From an uncultured Rickettsiales bacterium (GTDB lineage Bacteria; Pseudomonadota; Alphaproteobacteria; Rickettsiales; CANDYO01): a stretch of 64,000 bases of DNA. A program made the position numbers and the translations under genes. Shown here one piece after another: positions 37,490-47,179 of the stretch. Every line of letters begins with the position of its first letter. Position 1 is the stretch's first letter. The stretch is from NCBI GenBank assembly GCA_964627795.1, contig CAZVLF010000008.1, positions 18,219-82,218 on the forward strand. The letters run 5' to 3'. Under the pieces are notes generated by a model. The model had not been told where the DNA came from, ran no database searches, and saw only the letters and a program-made list of their open reading frames with translations.

Positions 37490-38980
37490 TTAGTAACTAC
37501 GAGCAAATATAGTTAATTTAGCTCCATCTTTCCCAGTAAATATACATTTTCCTATTTGATGCTCTGTTTTAAGGGGAATACATCTAGCAGTAACCTTGAA
37601 CTCTTCTTTAAGATATTTTTCTGTTTCTTCGTCTCCTATCCAATAAGCAGAAATAAATCCGCCTTGCTTATCTTCATCTTGAAAATATTGGCAAAATTCT
37701 TCTTTTGTAGAAGCTTTATGGCTATTATTTTTAAGAAAATCATTTGCTTTATTGAATAAATTACTTTGAATTTCATCAAGCAAATTAGAAACATTACTTA
37801 TAAATTCATTTAAATTAACTGATTTTTTATCGCTTGGTTGCAAATCTCTGCGCCCCATAAATACAGCATTATTTTCCACTTCTTTCATTCCTATTTCTAG
37901 GCGAATAGGAACACCTTTCTTAATCCATCCCCAAATACGCTCACCTGGAGTTTTTTCTTGTAAATCTATTTCCATCCTTATTTCTTTATTAAGACTTGCT
38001 TTGATATTAGAACAAAATTCTAATATAGCGTTTCTATTTTCTTCTTTATGTATTAAAGGCACTATAACAACTTGAATTGGTGCAATTTTAGGCGGTAAAA
38101 TAAGCCCATCATCATCACTATGAACCATAATTAAACCACCAATCAAACGAGTAGAAACTCCCCATGAAGTGGTCCACACATATTCTTCCACTCCTTCTTT
38201 TGAAAGATATTTAATATCAAAAGCTTTGGCAAAATGCTGCCCCAAAAAATGTGAGGTACCAGCCTGCAATGCTTTTTTGTCTTGCATCATAGCTTCTAAA
38301 CAATAAGTTACGTCAGCGCCAGGAAATTTTTCATTTTCAGTTTTTTTACCCAATATAACAGGCATCGCAAGATATTCTTCAGCTAATTGGCGATATACTT
38401 CTAACATTTTCTCTGTTTCTTCTATAGCTTCAGCACTTGAAGAATGTGCAGTATGGCCTTCTTGCCACAAGAATTCAGTGGTTCTTAAAAAAACTCTTGG
38501 GCGCATTTCCCACCTAACTACATTTGCCCATTGATTTCCAAGCAATGGTAGGTCTCTATAAGAGTTAATCCACTTAGAATAAGCTTCTCCAATAATCGCT
38601 TCAGAAGTAGGCCTTATCACTAAAGGCTCTTCTAATTTTCCGCCAGGCACAAGTTCTTTTTTCTCATTAAGCTCAAGACGATGATGAGTAACAACTGCGC
38701 ACTCTTTAGCAAAACCATCAACATGCTCAGCTTCTTTTGCTAAAAAGCTTAAAGGAACGAACATAGGAAAATAAAAATTTTGGTGCCCGGTGTCTTTTAT
38801 CATTTTATCGAGAATTTTTTGAATATTTTCCCAAATAGAATATCCCCATGGTTTTATTACCATACAACCACGTACCACTGAATTTTCTGCTAAATCCGCA
38901 GCTTTTATAACTTCTTGGTACCATTTTGGATAATCATGGCTTCTTGTAGGTTCAATTGCATTCTTCTTAGTCTTACTCAT
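37490..38980 (-). CDS. proS: Proline--tRNA ligase, archaeal/eukaryote-like architecture
   Basis: 496 aa. It aligns along its length with the Thermus-type ProRS as I recall it (WYQEVIKAADL...VRGCMVIKPWGYSIWENIQ, RPTSEAIIG, NQWANVVRWEMRPRVFLRTTEFLWQEGHTAH, ALQAGTSHFLGQHFAKAFDIKY). There is no INS editing domain, and the C-terminal residue is Tyr. Confidence 0.93.
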   Translation of the reverse strand: MSKTKKNAIEPTRSHDYPKWYQEVIKAADLAENSVVRGCMVIKPWGYSIWENIQKILDKMIKDTGHQNFYFPMFVPLSFLAKEAEHVDGFAKECAVVTHHRLELNEKKELVPGGKLEEPLVIRPTSEAIIGEAYSKWINSYRDLPLLGNQWANVVRWEMRPRVFLRTTEFLWQEGHTAHSSSAEAIEETEKMLEVYRQLAEEYLAMPVILGKKTENEKFPGADVTYCLEAMMQDKKALQAGTSHFLGQHFAKAFDIKYLSKEGVEEYVWTTSWGVSTRLIGGLIMVHSDDDGLILPPKIAPIQVVIVPLIHKEENRNAILEFCSNIKASLNKEIRMEIDLQEKTPGERIWGWIKKGVPIRLEIGMKEVENNAVFMGRRDLQPSDKKSVNLNEFISNVSNLLDEIQSNLFNKANDFLKNNSHKASTKEEFCQYFQDEDKQGGFISAYWIGDEETEKYLKEEFKVTARCIPLKTEHQIGKCIFTGKDGAKLTIFARSY

Positions 38981-39095
38981 TTTCTCTTCTCAAGATTTTA
39001 AATCTTTACTATAATATGAAAATTAGTTAAGCTTTCAAGCAAATTTATGCTAGCAACCATAAGCAATTTAACTATTAAATTCCTTGTTATAGAGA

Positions 39096-40877
39096 ATGCT
39101 TTTTCCAGACAGCTTTATTGATGAATTAAAACATCGACTACCAATTTCTAAAATCATTGGGAAGAGAGTATCTCTTAAGAAAAACGGATTATCTATTAAA
39201 GGAATATGTCCATTTCATAAAGAGAAGACTCCTTCATTTACTGTTCATGATCACAAAGGAATATATTATTGCTTTGGGTGCCATGCCAGCGGAGATATTA
39301 TAAGCTTTATTCAGCAAACTGAAAAACTCTCTTTTGAAGAAACTATAAAATATCTTGCAGGCCAAGCAGGGTTAGAACTACCTAAACTTAACCCTCAACA
39401 GCAAAAAGAACAACAACTTAAGCTTTCGCTAATTGAAATTTTAAATAAAGCATCTCAATGGTTTGAACAACAATTAAAATTATCAACAAACTATAATGCA
39501 TATGAATATTTTATTAATCGCGGGATAAATGAAGCAGATATTAAAAAATATTCTTTAGGCTATGCACCCAATAAAGGATTGCTTAACTATCTTCAAAAAA
39601 ATGGAGCCCAACTTAATGAAATGGTGGACGCCGGGCTTGCCATTAAAACGCAAGATGGATCTTATATTGAGCGTTTTAGGAATAGAATAATTTTTCCAAT
39701 TAAAAATTTAAAAAACCAGATTGTTGGCTTTGGTGGAAGATCTCTTAATTCCGAAATTCAACCTAAATACTTAAACTCTCCGGAAACAGAGGTTTTTAAA
39801 AAAAATAGGTTAGTCTATCTTGGTGAAGTAGCTGCAAAAGAAGCCATCAAATCTGAGAGATTAATTGTTGTTGAAGGCTATATGGATGCATTAACTATGC
39901 ATAAAACTGGCTTCAACGAAACGGTTGCCACATTAGGAACAGCTTTTAACCATAATCATTTAAAATTATTATGGAACCTAGGGAATGAACCTATCTTATG
40001 CTTTGACGGAGATGAAGCAGGAAAAAAAGCAATGGTTAAAGCTGCTTACACGGCCTTGCCTTTATTATCTCCTGGAATGACACTTAAATTTTGTTTTCTA
40101 CCAGAAAAAATGGATCCTGATGAAACCATAAAACATTATGGCAAAGAATATATGAAAAATTTGCTTGATAGAACTGAGAATCTTTCTGATTTTATTTGGC
40201 AGAATGAATTTGAAAATTTTTCACTTAAAACCCCTGAAAGCAAAGCCCTTTTTGAGCAAAAGATTTATGATTTAACTAATCAAATCGATCATCCTTTAGT
40301 GAAATCCCATTATCAGCAATATTTTAAAAGCAAGTTATGGCAAGAATTTAATAAAATTAACACTAAAAGAGCAAAATTCAAACAAGAAATAAGCTTTACA
40401 AGTGATATTGCTACAATGAGCCTAAGAGAAAGATTAGAGTATACTTTATTTGCAAAAATGTTACAATGTCCTGAGATACTCTCAAATGTTGAAATTTATC
40501 AATCATTTTCAGATTTAGATCCTATGAATCAAACATTAGAAGAGCTTAAACATTGTATAATTAAAACCACAGAAAACGAAGATTTTTTATTAAAAGATTT
40601 GCTTATAGAAAATAATTTAGTTAAATTATCAGAATTCCTTTGTGGTGAAAGTTCTAGCTTTGTTAACAGAATTTCAGAAATTAACGTTGCTAAACAAGAA
40701 GAAATATGGATTATTACCTTTAAAAAATATATGTTGGAAATTCTAAAACAGGAATATAACCAGTTGATACAAAAGGTATTTATTGAGGAAAAAGCCTTTG
40801 ATAGGGCGAATGAATTAAGACTCTCTATTGATAAAATTAATAAAGATATATTAGAAAAAGAAAATAATTTAATCTAG
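39096..40877 (+). CDS. dnaG: DNA primase DnaG
   Basis: Zn-ribbon [13 protein letters not shown]...[14 protein letters not shown](I/L)IFPI block, and [14 protein letters not shown]...[10 protein letters not shown]. Confidence 0.94.
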   Translation: MLFPDSFIDELKHRLPISKIIGKRVSLKKNGLSIKGICPFHKEKTPSFTVHDHKGIYYCFGCHASGDIISFIQQTEKLSFEETIKYLAGQAGLELPKLNPQQQKEQQLKLSLIEILNKASQWFEQQLKLSTNYNAYEYFINRGINEADIKKYSLGYAPNKGLLNYLQKNGAQLNEMVDAGLAIKTQDGSYIERFRNRIIFPIKNLKNQIVGFGGRSLNSEIQPKYLNSPETEVFKKNRLVYLGEVAAKEAIKSERLIVVEGYMDALTMHKTGFNETVATLGTAFNHNHLKLLWNLGNEPILCFDGDEAGKKAMVKAAYTALPLLSPGMTLKFCFLPEKMDPDETIKHYGKEYMKNLLDRTENLSDFIWQNEFENFSLKTPESKALFEQKIYDLTNQIDHPLVKSHYQQYFKSKLWQEFNKINTKRAKFKQEISFTSDIATMSLRERLEYTLFAKMLQCPEILSNVEIYQSFSDLDPMNQTLEELKHCIIKTTENEDFLLKDLLIENNLVKLSEFLCGESSSFVNRISEINVAKQEEIWIITFKKYMLEILKQEYNQLIQKVFIEEKAFDRANELRLSIDKINKDILEKENNLI

Positions 40878-40896
40878 TGGTAAGGCTAATAAAATT

Positions 40897-42819
40897 ATGA
40901 CAGACGTAGAAAATAAAGAAGACAATTTAAATGATGGGAAAAAGCAGTTAACTATTATAGTTAAGAAGCTAATTGGAAGAGCTAAAATGCAAGGCTTCCT
41001 TACTTATGATGAAGTTAATGGAGCACTTCCAAGAGATAGCTTCACAACAGAAAATTATGATTACCTAGTAACCGCTCTTAATGATGCTGGTGTTAATTTA
41101 ATTGAAAATATTGAAGATATAATTGAATCAGATAGTGGTGATTTTGATGTAGATACTCTTGATGATTCTGATGAACCTCTAGAAGATATAAATATTGATG
41201 AATTATCTCGTACCGACGACCCTGTTAAAATGTATTTAAGGGATATGGGTGGAGTTGAATTATTATCCAGAGAAGGCGAAATTGAAATTGCCAAGAGAAT
41301 TGAAGAAGGTCGTGAAACCATGATCAAATCTTTATGTGAAACTCCAATAACTCTTAAGCAATTAAAAGCATGGTATGAAGACTTATTAAATGAAAAAATA
41401 CTTCTTCGTGAAATTATTGATTTAGAAGCAAATTATGATGAAGATATAAGCGAAGATAAAGAAGATATTGATGGCGAAAAAGACTTAGATGAAGATGATG
41501 AGATTTTAGAAGATGAAGATGATGAGATTTCTTCTGAAGAAGAAGAGGAAGACACTTTATCTATCTCAAGTTTAGAAGCAGCTATGTTGCCAGGAGTTTT
41601 AGATAATTATGCAGAAATAGCTAAAATTGCTGACCAACTAATTGAAATGCATCGTGAAAAGCTTAATGCAGCTTTAGCTAATAAAGCTACAAAATTTGAT
41701 GAACAGAAATATTCTCAACTTAGCGAGGATTTAACAAAATCTGTAAAATCTCTTAGGCTTAATGATAAATCTATTGAATTTTTACTTAACCAGCTTTACA
41801 GCACAAATAAAAAAATAATTAATATTGAAGCTAGACTTCTTCAATTGGCAGAGAAGAATAATATAAGTAGAAAAAGCTTCTTAAACAATTATTTAGGGTC
41901 TGAAATGGATCTTGAATGGCTGAACAAAATGGCTCAAAATAAAGAAAAGGGTTGGAAAGAATTTATTGAAACGCAATCTGGAAAAATTGCATCAATTAGA
42001 GAAGAATTATGGGAAATTGCTCAATCTTCTGGCATAACTATAACCGATTTAAAGAATTTAATTAATAAAGTTCATAAGGGCGATAGAAGCGCTAACAAGG
42101 CAAAAAAAGAAATGATTGAAGCTAACTTGAGATTAGTTATATCAATAGCTAAAAAATATTCAAATAGAGGCCTGCAGTTTTTAGATTTAATCCAAGAAGG
42201 AAATATTGGATTAATGAAAGCAGTTGACAAGTTTGAATACAGAAGAGGTTATAAATTTTCTACATATGCAACCTGGTGGATAAGACAAGCGATAACACGC
42301 TCTATAGCTGATCAAGCTAGAACTATCCGCATTCCTGTACACATGATTGAAACTATCAATAAAATTATTCGCACCTCCAGACAAATGTTACATGAGCTTG
42401 GCTATGAACCAACACCTAATGAACTTGCAGAAAGACTTTCGATGTCTGTTGATAAAGTGAGAAAGGTTCTTAAAATCACTAGAGAACCAGTTAGCCTTGA
42501 TAACCCTATTGGTGACGAAGATGGTGGATCATTAGGAGATTTTATTGAAGATAAGAATGCACTTCCTCCCCTTGAAGCTGCTATCTTAACTAATTTAAGA
42601 GAAACAACCACAAGAATTTTGGCTAGTTTAACACCTAGAGAAGAAAGGGTGCTAAGAATGAGGTTTGGAATTGGAATGAGCACCGATCATACTTTAGAAG
42701 AAGTAGGGCAGCAATTTTTTGTTACAAGAGAGCGTATACGTCAAATAGAGGCCAAAGCTCTTAGAAAATTAAAACATCCAAGCAGGTCTCGTAAATTAAG
42801 AGGCTTTTTAAATAGCTAA
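40897..42819 (+). CDS. rpoD: RNA polymerase sigma factor RpoD (sigma-70)
   Basis: 640 aa. Acidic non-conserved insert, region 2 [53 protein letters not shown], and region 4 [27 protein letters not shown]. Confidence 0.97.
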   Translation: MTDVENKEDNLNDGKKQLTIIVKKLIGRAKMQGFLTYDEVNGALPRDSFTTENYDYLVTALNDAGVNLIENIEDIIESDSGDFDVDTLDDSDEPLEDINIDELSRTDDPVKMYLRDMGGVELLSREGEIEIAKRIEEGRETMIKSLCETPITLKQLKAWYEDLLNEKILLREIIDLEANYDEDISEDKEDIDGEKDLDEDDEILEDEDDEISSEEEEEDTLSISSLEAAMLPGVLDNYAEIAKIADQLIEMHREKLNAALANKATKFDEQKYSQLSEDLTKSVKSLRLNDKSIEFLLNQLYSTNKKIINIEARLLQLAEKNNISRKSFLNNYLGSEMDLEWLNKMAQNKEKGWKEFIETQSGKIASIREELWEIAQSSGITITDLKNLINKVHKGDRSANKAKKEMIEANLRLVISIAKKYSNRGLQFLDLIQEGNIGLMKAVDKFEYRRGYKFSTYATWWIRQAITRSIADQARTIRIPVHMIETINKIIRTSRQMLHELGYEPTPNELAERLSMSVDKVRKVLKITREPVSLDNPIGDEDGGSLGDFIEDKNALPPLEAAILTNLRETTTRILASLTPREERVLRMRFGIGMSTDHTLEEVGQQFFVTRERIRQIEAKALRKLKHPSRSRKLRGFLNS

Positions 42820-42821
42820 AA

Positions 42822-45821
42822 ATGGATATTACTAGGTATTTTTTAAGTAAACCAGTTACAACAATTATTATTAATTTTATGATTGCTGTGATTGGTTTAT
42901 GGGTGTTAAAGCAACTACCAATTAGAGAATATCCTGATTTTAAAGTTCCTATTATTAGTGTTATCACTCATTTTTCTAGCGCTAGTCCAGAACTTGTTGA
43001 AAATTCTGTAACTAATATCTTAGAAGATAAGCTTGCTGGAATAGAGGGATTAGACACCATAGAATCTTCGTCTTCTTCAAATTCAAGCTATATTGAGCTT
43101 AGATTTCATAGCAATGAATCACTTGATCGTGCTTTAATAGCAATCAAGGATGCCATATCTTCAATACGTGCTATTTTACCTGAAGGAATAAAGGAACCTA
43201 TTGTTGAAACATCTAAAACCAACCAAGGCCCTCCTTTTATGGCGGCCTGCATTGTTTCAGAAAATATGGATGTAAGAGATTTAACACATTTAGCTAACAT
43301 TGAGCTAAAAAATGCTTATAAATCTATACAAGGTGTATCAGAAGTTAGAGTAAGAGGAAGACCTTATACTTATAAAATAATTATTGATCACCAAAAACTA
43401 TATAATTTCGGTATAAATATTGATGAAATTGTTGATGCTATATCTAATAATGACACTTCATTTCCAGGAGGAAGTTTTCAAAAAACTACTCCTATAACAA
43501 TTGCATCACATCTATCTTCGGAAAAGGACTTTAAAAATATAATTATAAGAAAAGGCACTGCTCCTATTTACCTTAAAGATATTGCCCAAGTTAGTTTAGA
43601 TTTAGATGAAACAAAACTAAATATAAAGATAAATGGAAAACCCGGAATTTGCTTAGGATTTGAAAAAAGTAGCGAATCTAATCCTTTAACTGTTTCAAAC
43701 GCAATTCATAAGCAAACTAAACTACTTAATAACACCCTTCCAGATGGAGTAAAAATTGAACTTGCTTTAGATCAAGCTTCTTTCATTAGATCATCGATAA
43801 ATAATATTAAATCTTCTATAATTGAAGCAATTCTTTTAGTTTTAATTATTGTATTAATCTTTCTTGGTGATATTAAAGCCACCTTTATTCCAATAATTAC
43901 CATTCCAATATCATTACTTGGAGCAATGATATTTTTAAATTTCTTTGGTTTTTCACTTAATGTTATCACCCTATTAGCTATGGTATTGGCTGTTGGCTTA
44001 GTTGTTGATGATGCTATTATTGTATTAGAAAATATTGCAAGACATATAGAAATTGGAGAAACGCCAGCTAATGCAGCTTTAAAAGGAGCTAATGAAATAT
44101 TTTTTGCTGTAATTGCCATGACTTTCACTTTAGCTAGTGTATATCTTCCTATTTTATTTATTAGTGGCTTAACGGGTCATTTATTTGTAGAATTTGCTAC
44201 TGCTCTTGCAGGAAGCGTTATTATGTCAGGAATAGTTGCTATTACACTTTCTCCTCTTATGTGCAAGAAAATACTTTCTAGAAAAAGGAGAAATTATTTT
44301 ATTAAAACCGATCTTTACTTAAATAAAGTCAGAGATCTATATATTTATCTTTTAAAGAAAAGCTTTAACTATCCTCGCTTGATTTTTATAAGCTTTATCT
44401 TATGTTCTATATCAGTTGTAATATTCTATAAAATTATTCCAAGTCAAACTGTACCCGAAGAGGATAGAGGAATCATTGGCGCCTTTATTCCTCCTATACC
44501 AGACGATAATGAAAAAAAAAACGAAGCAAATATCAATTTAGTGGAGTCACTTTTAAATGATATACCTGGAGTTAACTCAGTTATAACTTTTTCAGGGGAA
44601 TTTGGAGGGAATGTAGTTTTAACATTAAATCCTAGAGAAAAAAGGAAATATAATTCTAATGAATTACTAGTTTTAATGAGAAATAAATTATCTTCACTTC
44701 CTTCATTTGATGCATGGCCATGGTCTATATCATCAGGATTACCAGGCATGGATAATATCGATGATTCTTCCAAATTATCACTTGTAATCTCCACCACTGA
44801 ATCTTATGTGGATTTATTTAAAAACATTGAAAATTTAATTAAAAAGGCAGATCAAGATGGAATTGTTGAAGATTTATATCAAGACCTTAAAATAGATAAC
44901 TTAGGTTATAATGTGGTTATTAACGAACATATTTTATCAAAATTAAGCCTAAATAAAAAGCAAGTAGCCAAAATTATAGCAACCTTTTTTAGCGGTGATA
45001 AAAGTTTAAAATTTAAAAAAGACGGCATCCTTTATCCTATAGAAATAGAGTTAGATAATGAGCCATGGACTCTCAATGAACTATATGTAACAAATAATAA
45101 TAAAAGGATTTCTCTTGGAACTTTTGCCTCTCTTGAAGCTAAATCAGAGCCCAAAAATTTAAAACACTTTAACCGGATGAGATCATCAACCTTAAGTAAA
45201 AATCTTATTGGTGATTCTAATCTATCAAGTCAAATAGAAGAGCTTTACAACTTTGCTAATGAAAATCTTCCCCCAACTTATAAAAAAACTTGGAAGGGAG
45301 TAGCTAAAGTTTATGAAGAAACTTCAAAAGATAATTTAACTCTTTTTTTCATGTCGGTTCTTTTTATATATGCCATTTTAGCAATTCAATTTGAAAGCTT
45401 TGTTGACCCATTAATAATTTTATTTACAATCCCTTTAGCTTGCTTTGGATCATACTTAGGATTATTTATTTTTAATTCCAATCAAAATATTTATACGCAA
45501 GTAGGAATTATAACTCTTATCGGCTTAATTACTAAACATGGCATTATGATTGTTGAATTTGCCAATCAACTACTCACTAAAGGTTTCAGCCTTAATGAAT
45601 CTATTGAAGAATCAGTTTCAATTCGTTTAAGACCAATTTTAATGACAACACTTGCAATGGTGTGCGGCTCTATACCCTTGATTCTTTCATCTTCTTCAGG
45701 AAGTGAAGCACGATTCTCAATTGGGATAGTTATTTTATTCGGTCTAATGATTGGAACTATTTTTACTTTATTTATACTCCCTTCTGTTTATTATTATTTA
45801 AAAAAAATTCAGCTTAAATAG
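42822..45821 (+). CDS. RND-superfamily efflux permease (AcrB/AcrD/AcrF family)
   Basis: 999 aa. N-terminus FLSKPVTTIIINFMIAVIGLWVLKQLPIREYPD, two 6-TM bundles with large periplasmic loops, and LAVGLVVDDAIIVLENI. The ATG lies 2 nt after the rpoD stop. No adaptor or OMF gene is nearby. Confidence 0.9.
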   Translation: MDITRYFLSKPVTTIIINFMIAVIGLWVLKQLPIREYPDFKVPIISVITHFSSASPELVENSVTNILEDKLAGIEGLDTIESSSSSNSSYIELRFHSNESLDRALIAIKDAISSIRAILPEGIKEPIVETSKTNQGPPFMAACIVSENMDVRDLTHLANIELKNAYKSIQGVSEVRVRGRPYTYKIIIDHQKLYNFGINIDEIVDAISNNDTSFPGGSFQKTTPITIASHLSSEKDFKNIIIRKGTAPIYLKDIAQVSLDLDETKLNIKINGKPGICLGFEKSSESNPLTVSNAIHKQTKLLNNTLPDGVKIELALDQASFIRSSINNIKSSIIEAILLVLIIVLIFLGDIKATFIPIITIPISLLGAMIFLNFFGFSLNVITLLAMVLAVGLVVDDAIIVLENIARHIEIGETPANAALKGANEIFFAVIAMTFTLASVYLPILFISGLTGHLFVEFATALAGSVIMSGIVAITLSPLMCKKILSRKRRNYFIKTDLYLNKVRDLYIYLLKKSFNYPRLIFISFILCSISVVIFYKIIPSQTVPEEDRGIIGAFIPPIPDDNEKKNEANINLVESLLNDIPGVNSVITFSGEFGGNVVLTLNPREKRKYNSNELLVLMRNKLSSLPSFDAWPWSISSGLPGMDNIDDSSKLSLVISTTESYVDLFKNIENLIKKADQDGIVEDLYQDLKIDNLGYNVVINEHILSKLSLNKKQVAKIIATFFSGDKSLKFKKDGILYPIEIELDNEPWTLNELYVTNNNKRISLGTFASLEAKSEPKNLKHFNRMRSSTLSKNLIGDSNLSSQIEELYNFANENLPPTYKKTWKGVAKVYEETSKDNLTLFFMSVLFIYAILAIQFESFVDPLIILFTIPLACFGSYLGLFIFNSNQNIYTQVGIITLIGLITKHGIMIVEFANQLLTKGFSLNESIEESVSIRLRPILMTTLAMVCGSIPLILSSSSGSEARFSIGIVILFGLMIGTIFTLFILPSVYYYLKKIQLK

Positions 45822-45850
45822 AAATTTAATTATTAAAAAGGATTCTACTC

Positions 45851-47017
45851 ATGCGTTATATTAAAATTACTAGTATTTTTTTATTCACAGTTGCTGTTTA
45901 TTTAATACTAGCTTATTTTTCAAAACAAATGATACTTAACTATTATTCTAAGCAAGATAAAAAGATTGATTGGTTTGCAGAATATAAAGAAACAAAAATA
46001 AAAGATGCTTATAAAATAATTTTTGCTATTAGCCCTAAAGATGTTATAGCTGATAGAGAAGCTGGTAAAAAAATGGTTCAGGCTGCTAAAAATCTTGGAT
46101 GGGAGGTTCATGTTTTTGATTCACCTTTAGTAGATAAGAAAGTTATTGAATCTATTAATCCTGACTTTATTTTAACTAATGATTGGAAATCAAAAATTGG
46201 TTTAAAAGATCTTAACCTTAAACTTAAATCTTATGCTTTGCTTGCTCATCCAATAAATCTATATTTTGGAAGACATTTTAGCTTTATTCCTAAATTTAGA
46301 GAATATAAATTCCCTGAAGTTAAGTTTTTTGATGGATTTATAATTTCTAGCTCACAAATAAGCCTTTTTAAAAAATATATTGAGTCTAAAAATAAGAAAT
46401 TTTATGGTTTTTATGGATATTCATCTGCACAACATCAAGATTATGTTGAAGTTAAGCCTAAAAGAATAGTTTATATGGGATCTAACTGGGATAATAAAAG
46501 GAAAGGAAGTAAATTTGCCAAAGTCTTTAAAACACTTGCTGAACAAAATAATGCTGTATTTTATGGGCCTAAAAGTGCGTGGGAACACATTGTAGGAGAT
46601 GCTTATAAAGGATATATTGAAGGCTCAGGCTCGGCTGTAATCGATATTTTAAGAGAAAATGGGATAAATATATTGCTACATAGCAAATCTCACTTTAAAA
46701 ATGCTACCCCTAGCAGCAGGGTTTTTGAAGCAGCTTCTGCTTGTGTAGTTGGTATAAGTGATAAAAATCCATTTGTAATGGAGCATTTTGGCAATAATTT
46801 CCTTTATATTGATACCAACAAATCAGCTGAGTCAATTATTAAGCAAATTAATGATCATCTTGACTGGATCAAAAAGAATCCTGAAAGAGTGAGAGAAATG
46901 ATAAAAAATAATTATGACATTTACATAAAAAATTTCTCTTTAGAACAGCTATTATTGAAAGTTGCTCATATGCATGAGAAAATTTTATTAGATGAAAGTA
47001 AAAATATATCAAATTAA
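45851..47017 (+). CDS. Membrane-anchored CgeB-like glycosyltransferase-fold protein, paralogue 2
   Basis: 388 aa with an N-terminal TM. Blocks shared with 30231..31397: INPDFI, GFIISS.QISLFKKY.ES..KKFYGF.GY, AVFYG.KS, GINILLH, RVFEAASACVVGISDKNPFVMEHFGNNFLYID, AHMHEKIL. AAGGA lies upstream of the ATG. Confidence 0.65.
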   Translation: MRYIKITSIFLFTVAVYLILAYFSKQMILNYYSKQDKKIDWFAEYKETKIKDAYKIIFAISPKDVIADREAGKKMVQAAKNLGWEVHVFDSPLVDKKVIESINPDFILTNDWKSKIGLKDLNLKLKSYALLAHPINLYFGRHFSFIPKFREYKFPEVKFFDGFIISSSQISLFKKYIESKNKKFYGFYGYSSAQHQDYVEVKPKRIVYMGSNWDNKRKGSKFAKVFKTLAEQNNAVFYGPKSAWEHIVGDAYKGYIEGSGSAVIDILRENGINILLHSKSHFKNATPSSRVFEAASACVVGISDKNPFVMEHFGNNFLYIDTNKSAESIIKQINDHLDWIKKNPERVREMIKNNYDIYIKNFSLEQLLLKVAHMHEKILLDESKNISN

Positions 47018-47179
47018 TTTTAGCAAGAATTAAGACTAAGAAAAATCAAAGAACTAAATTCTTTTTTCTTATTTTATCTAGGTATAAAACTTAATATCAG
47101 ATCTTTTAATTTTCACTCTATTAACGATTTATTTACAATTAAAGGGTAATATTGATGAATAATTTAAAGTTAAAATTCG

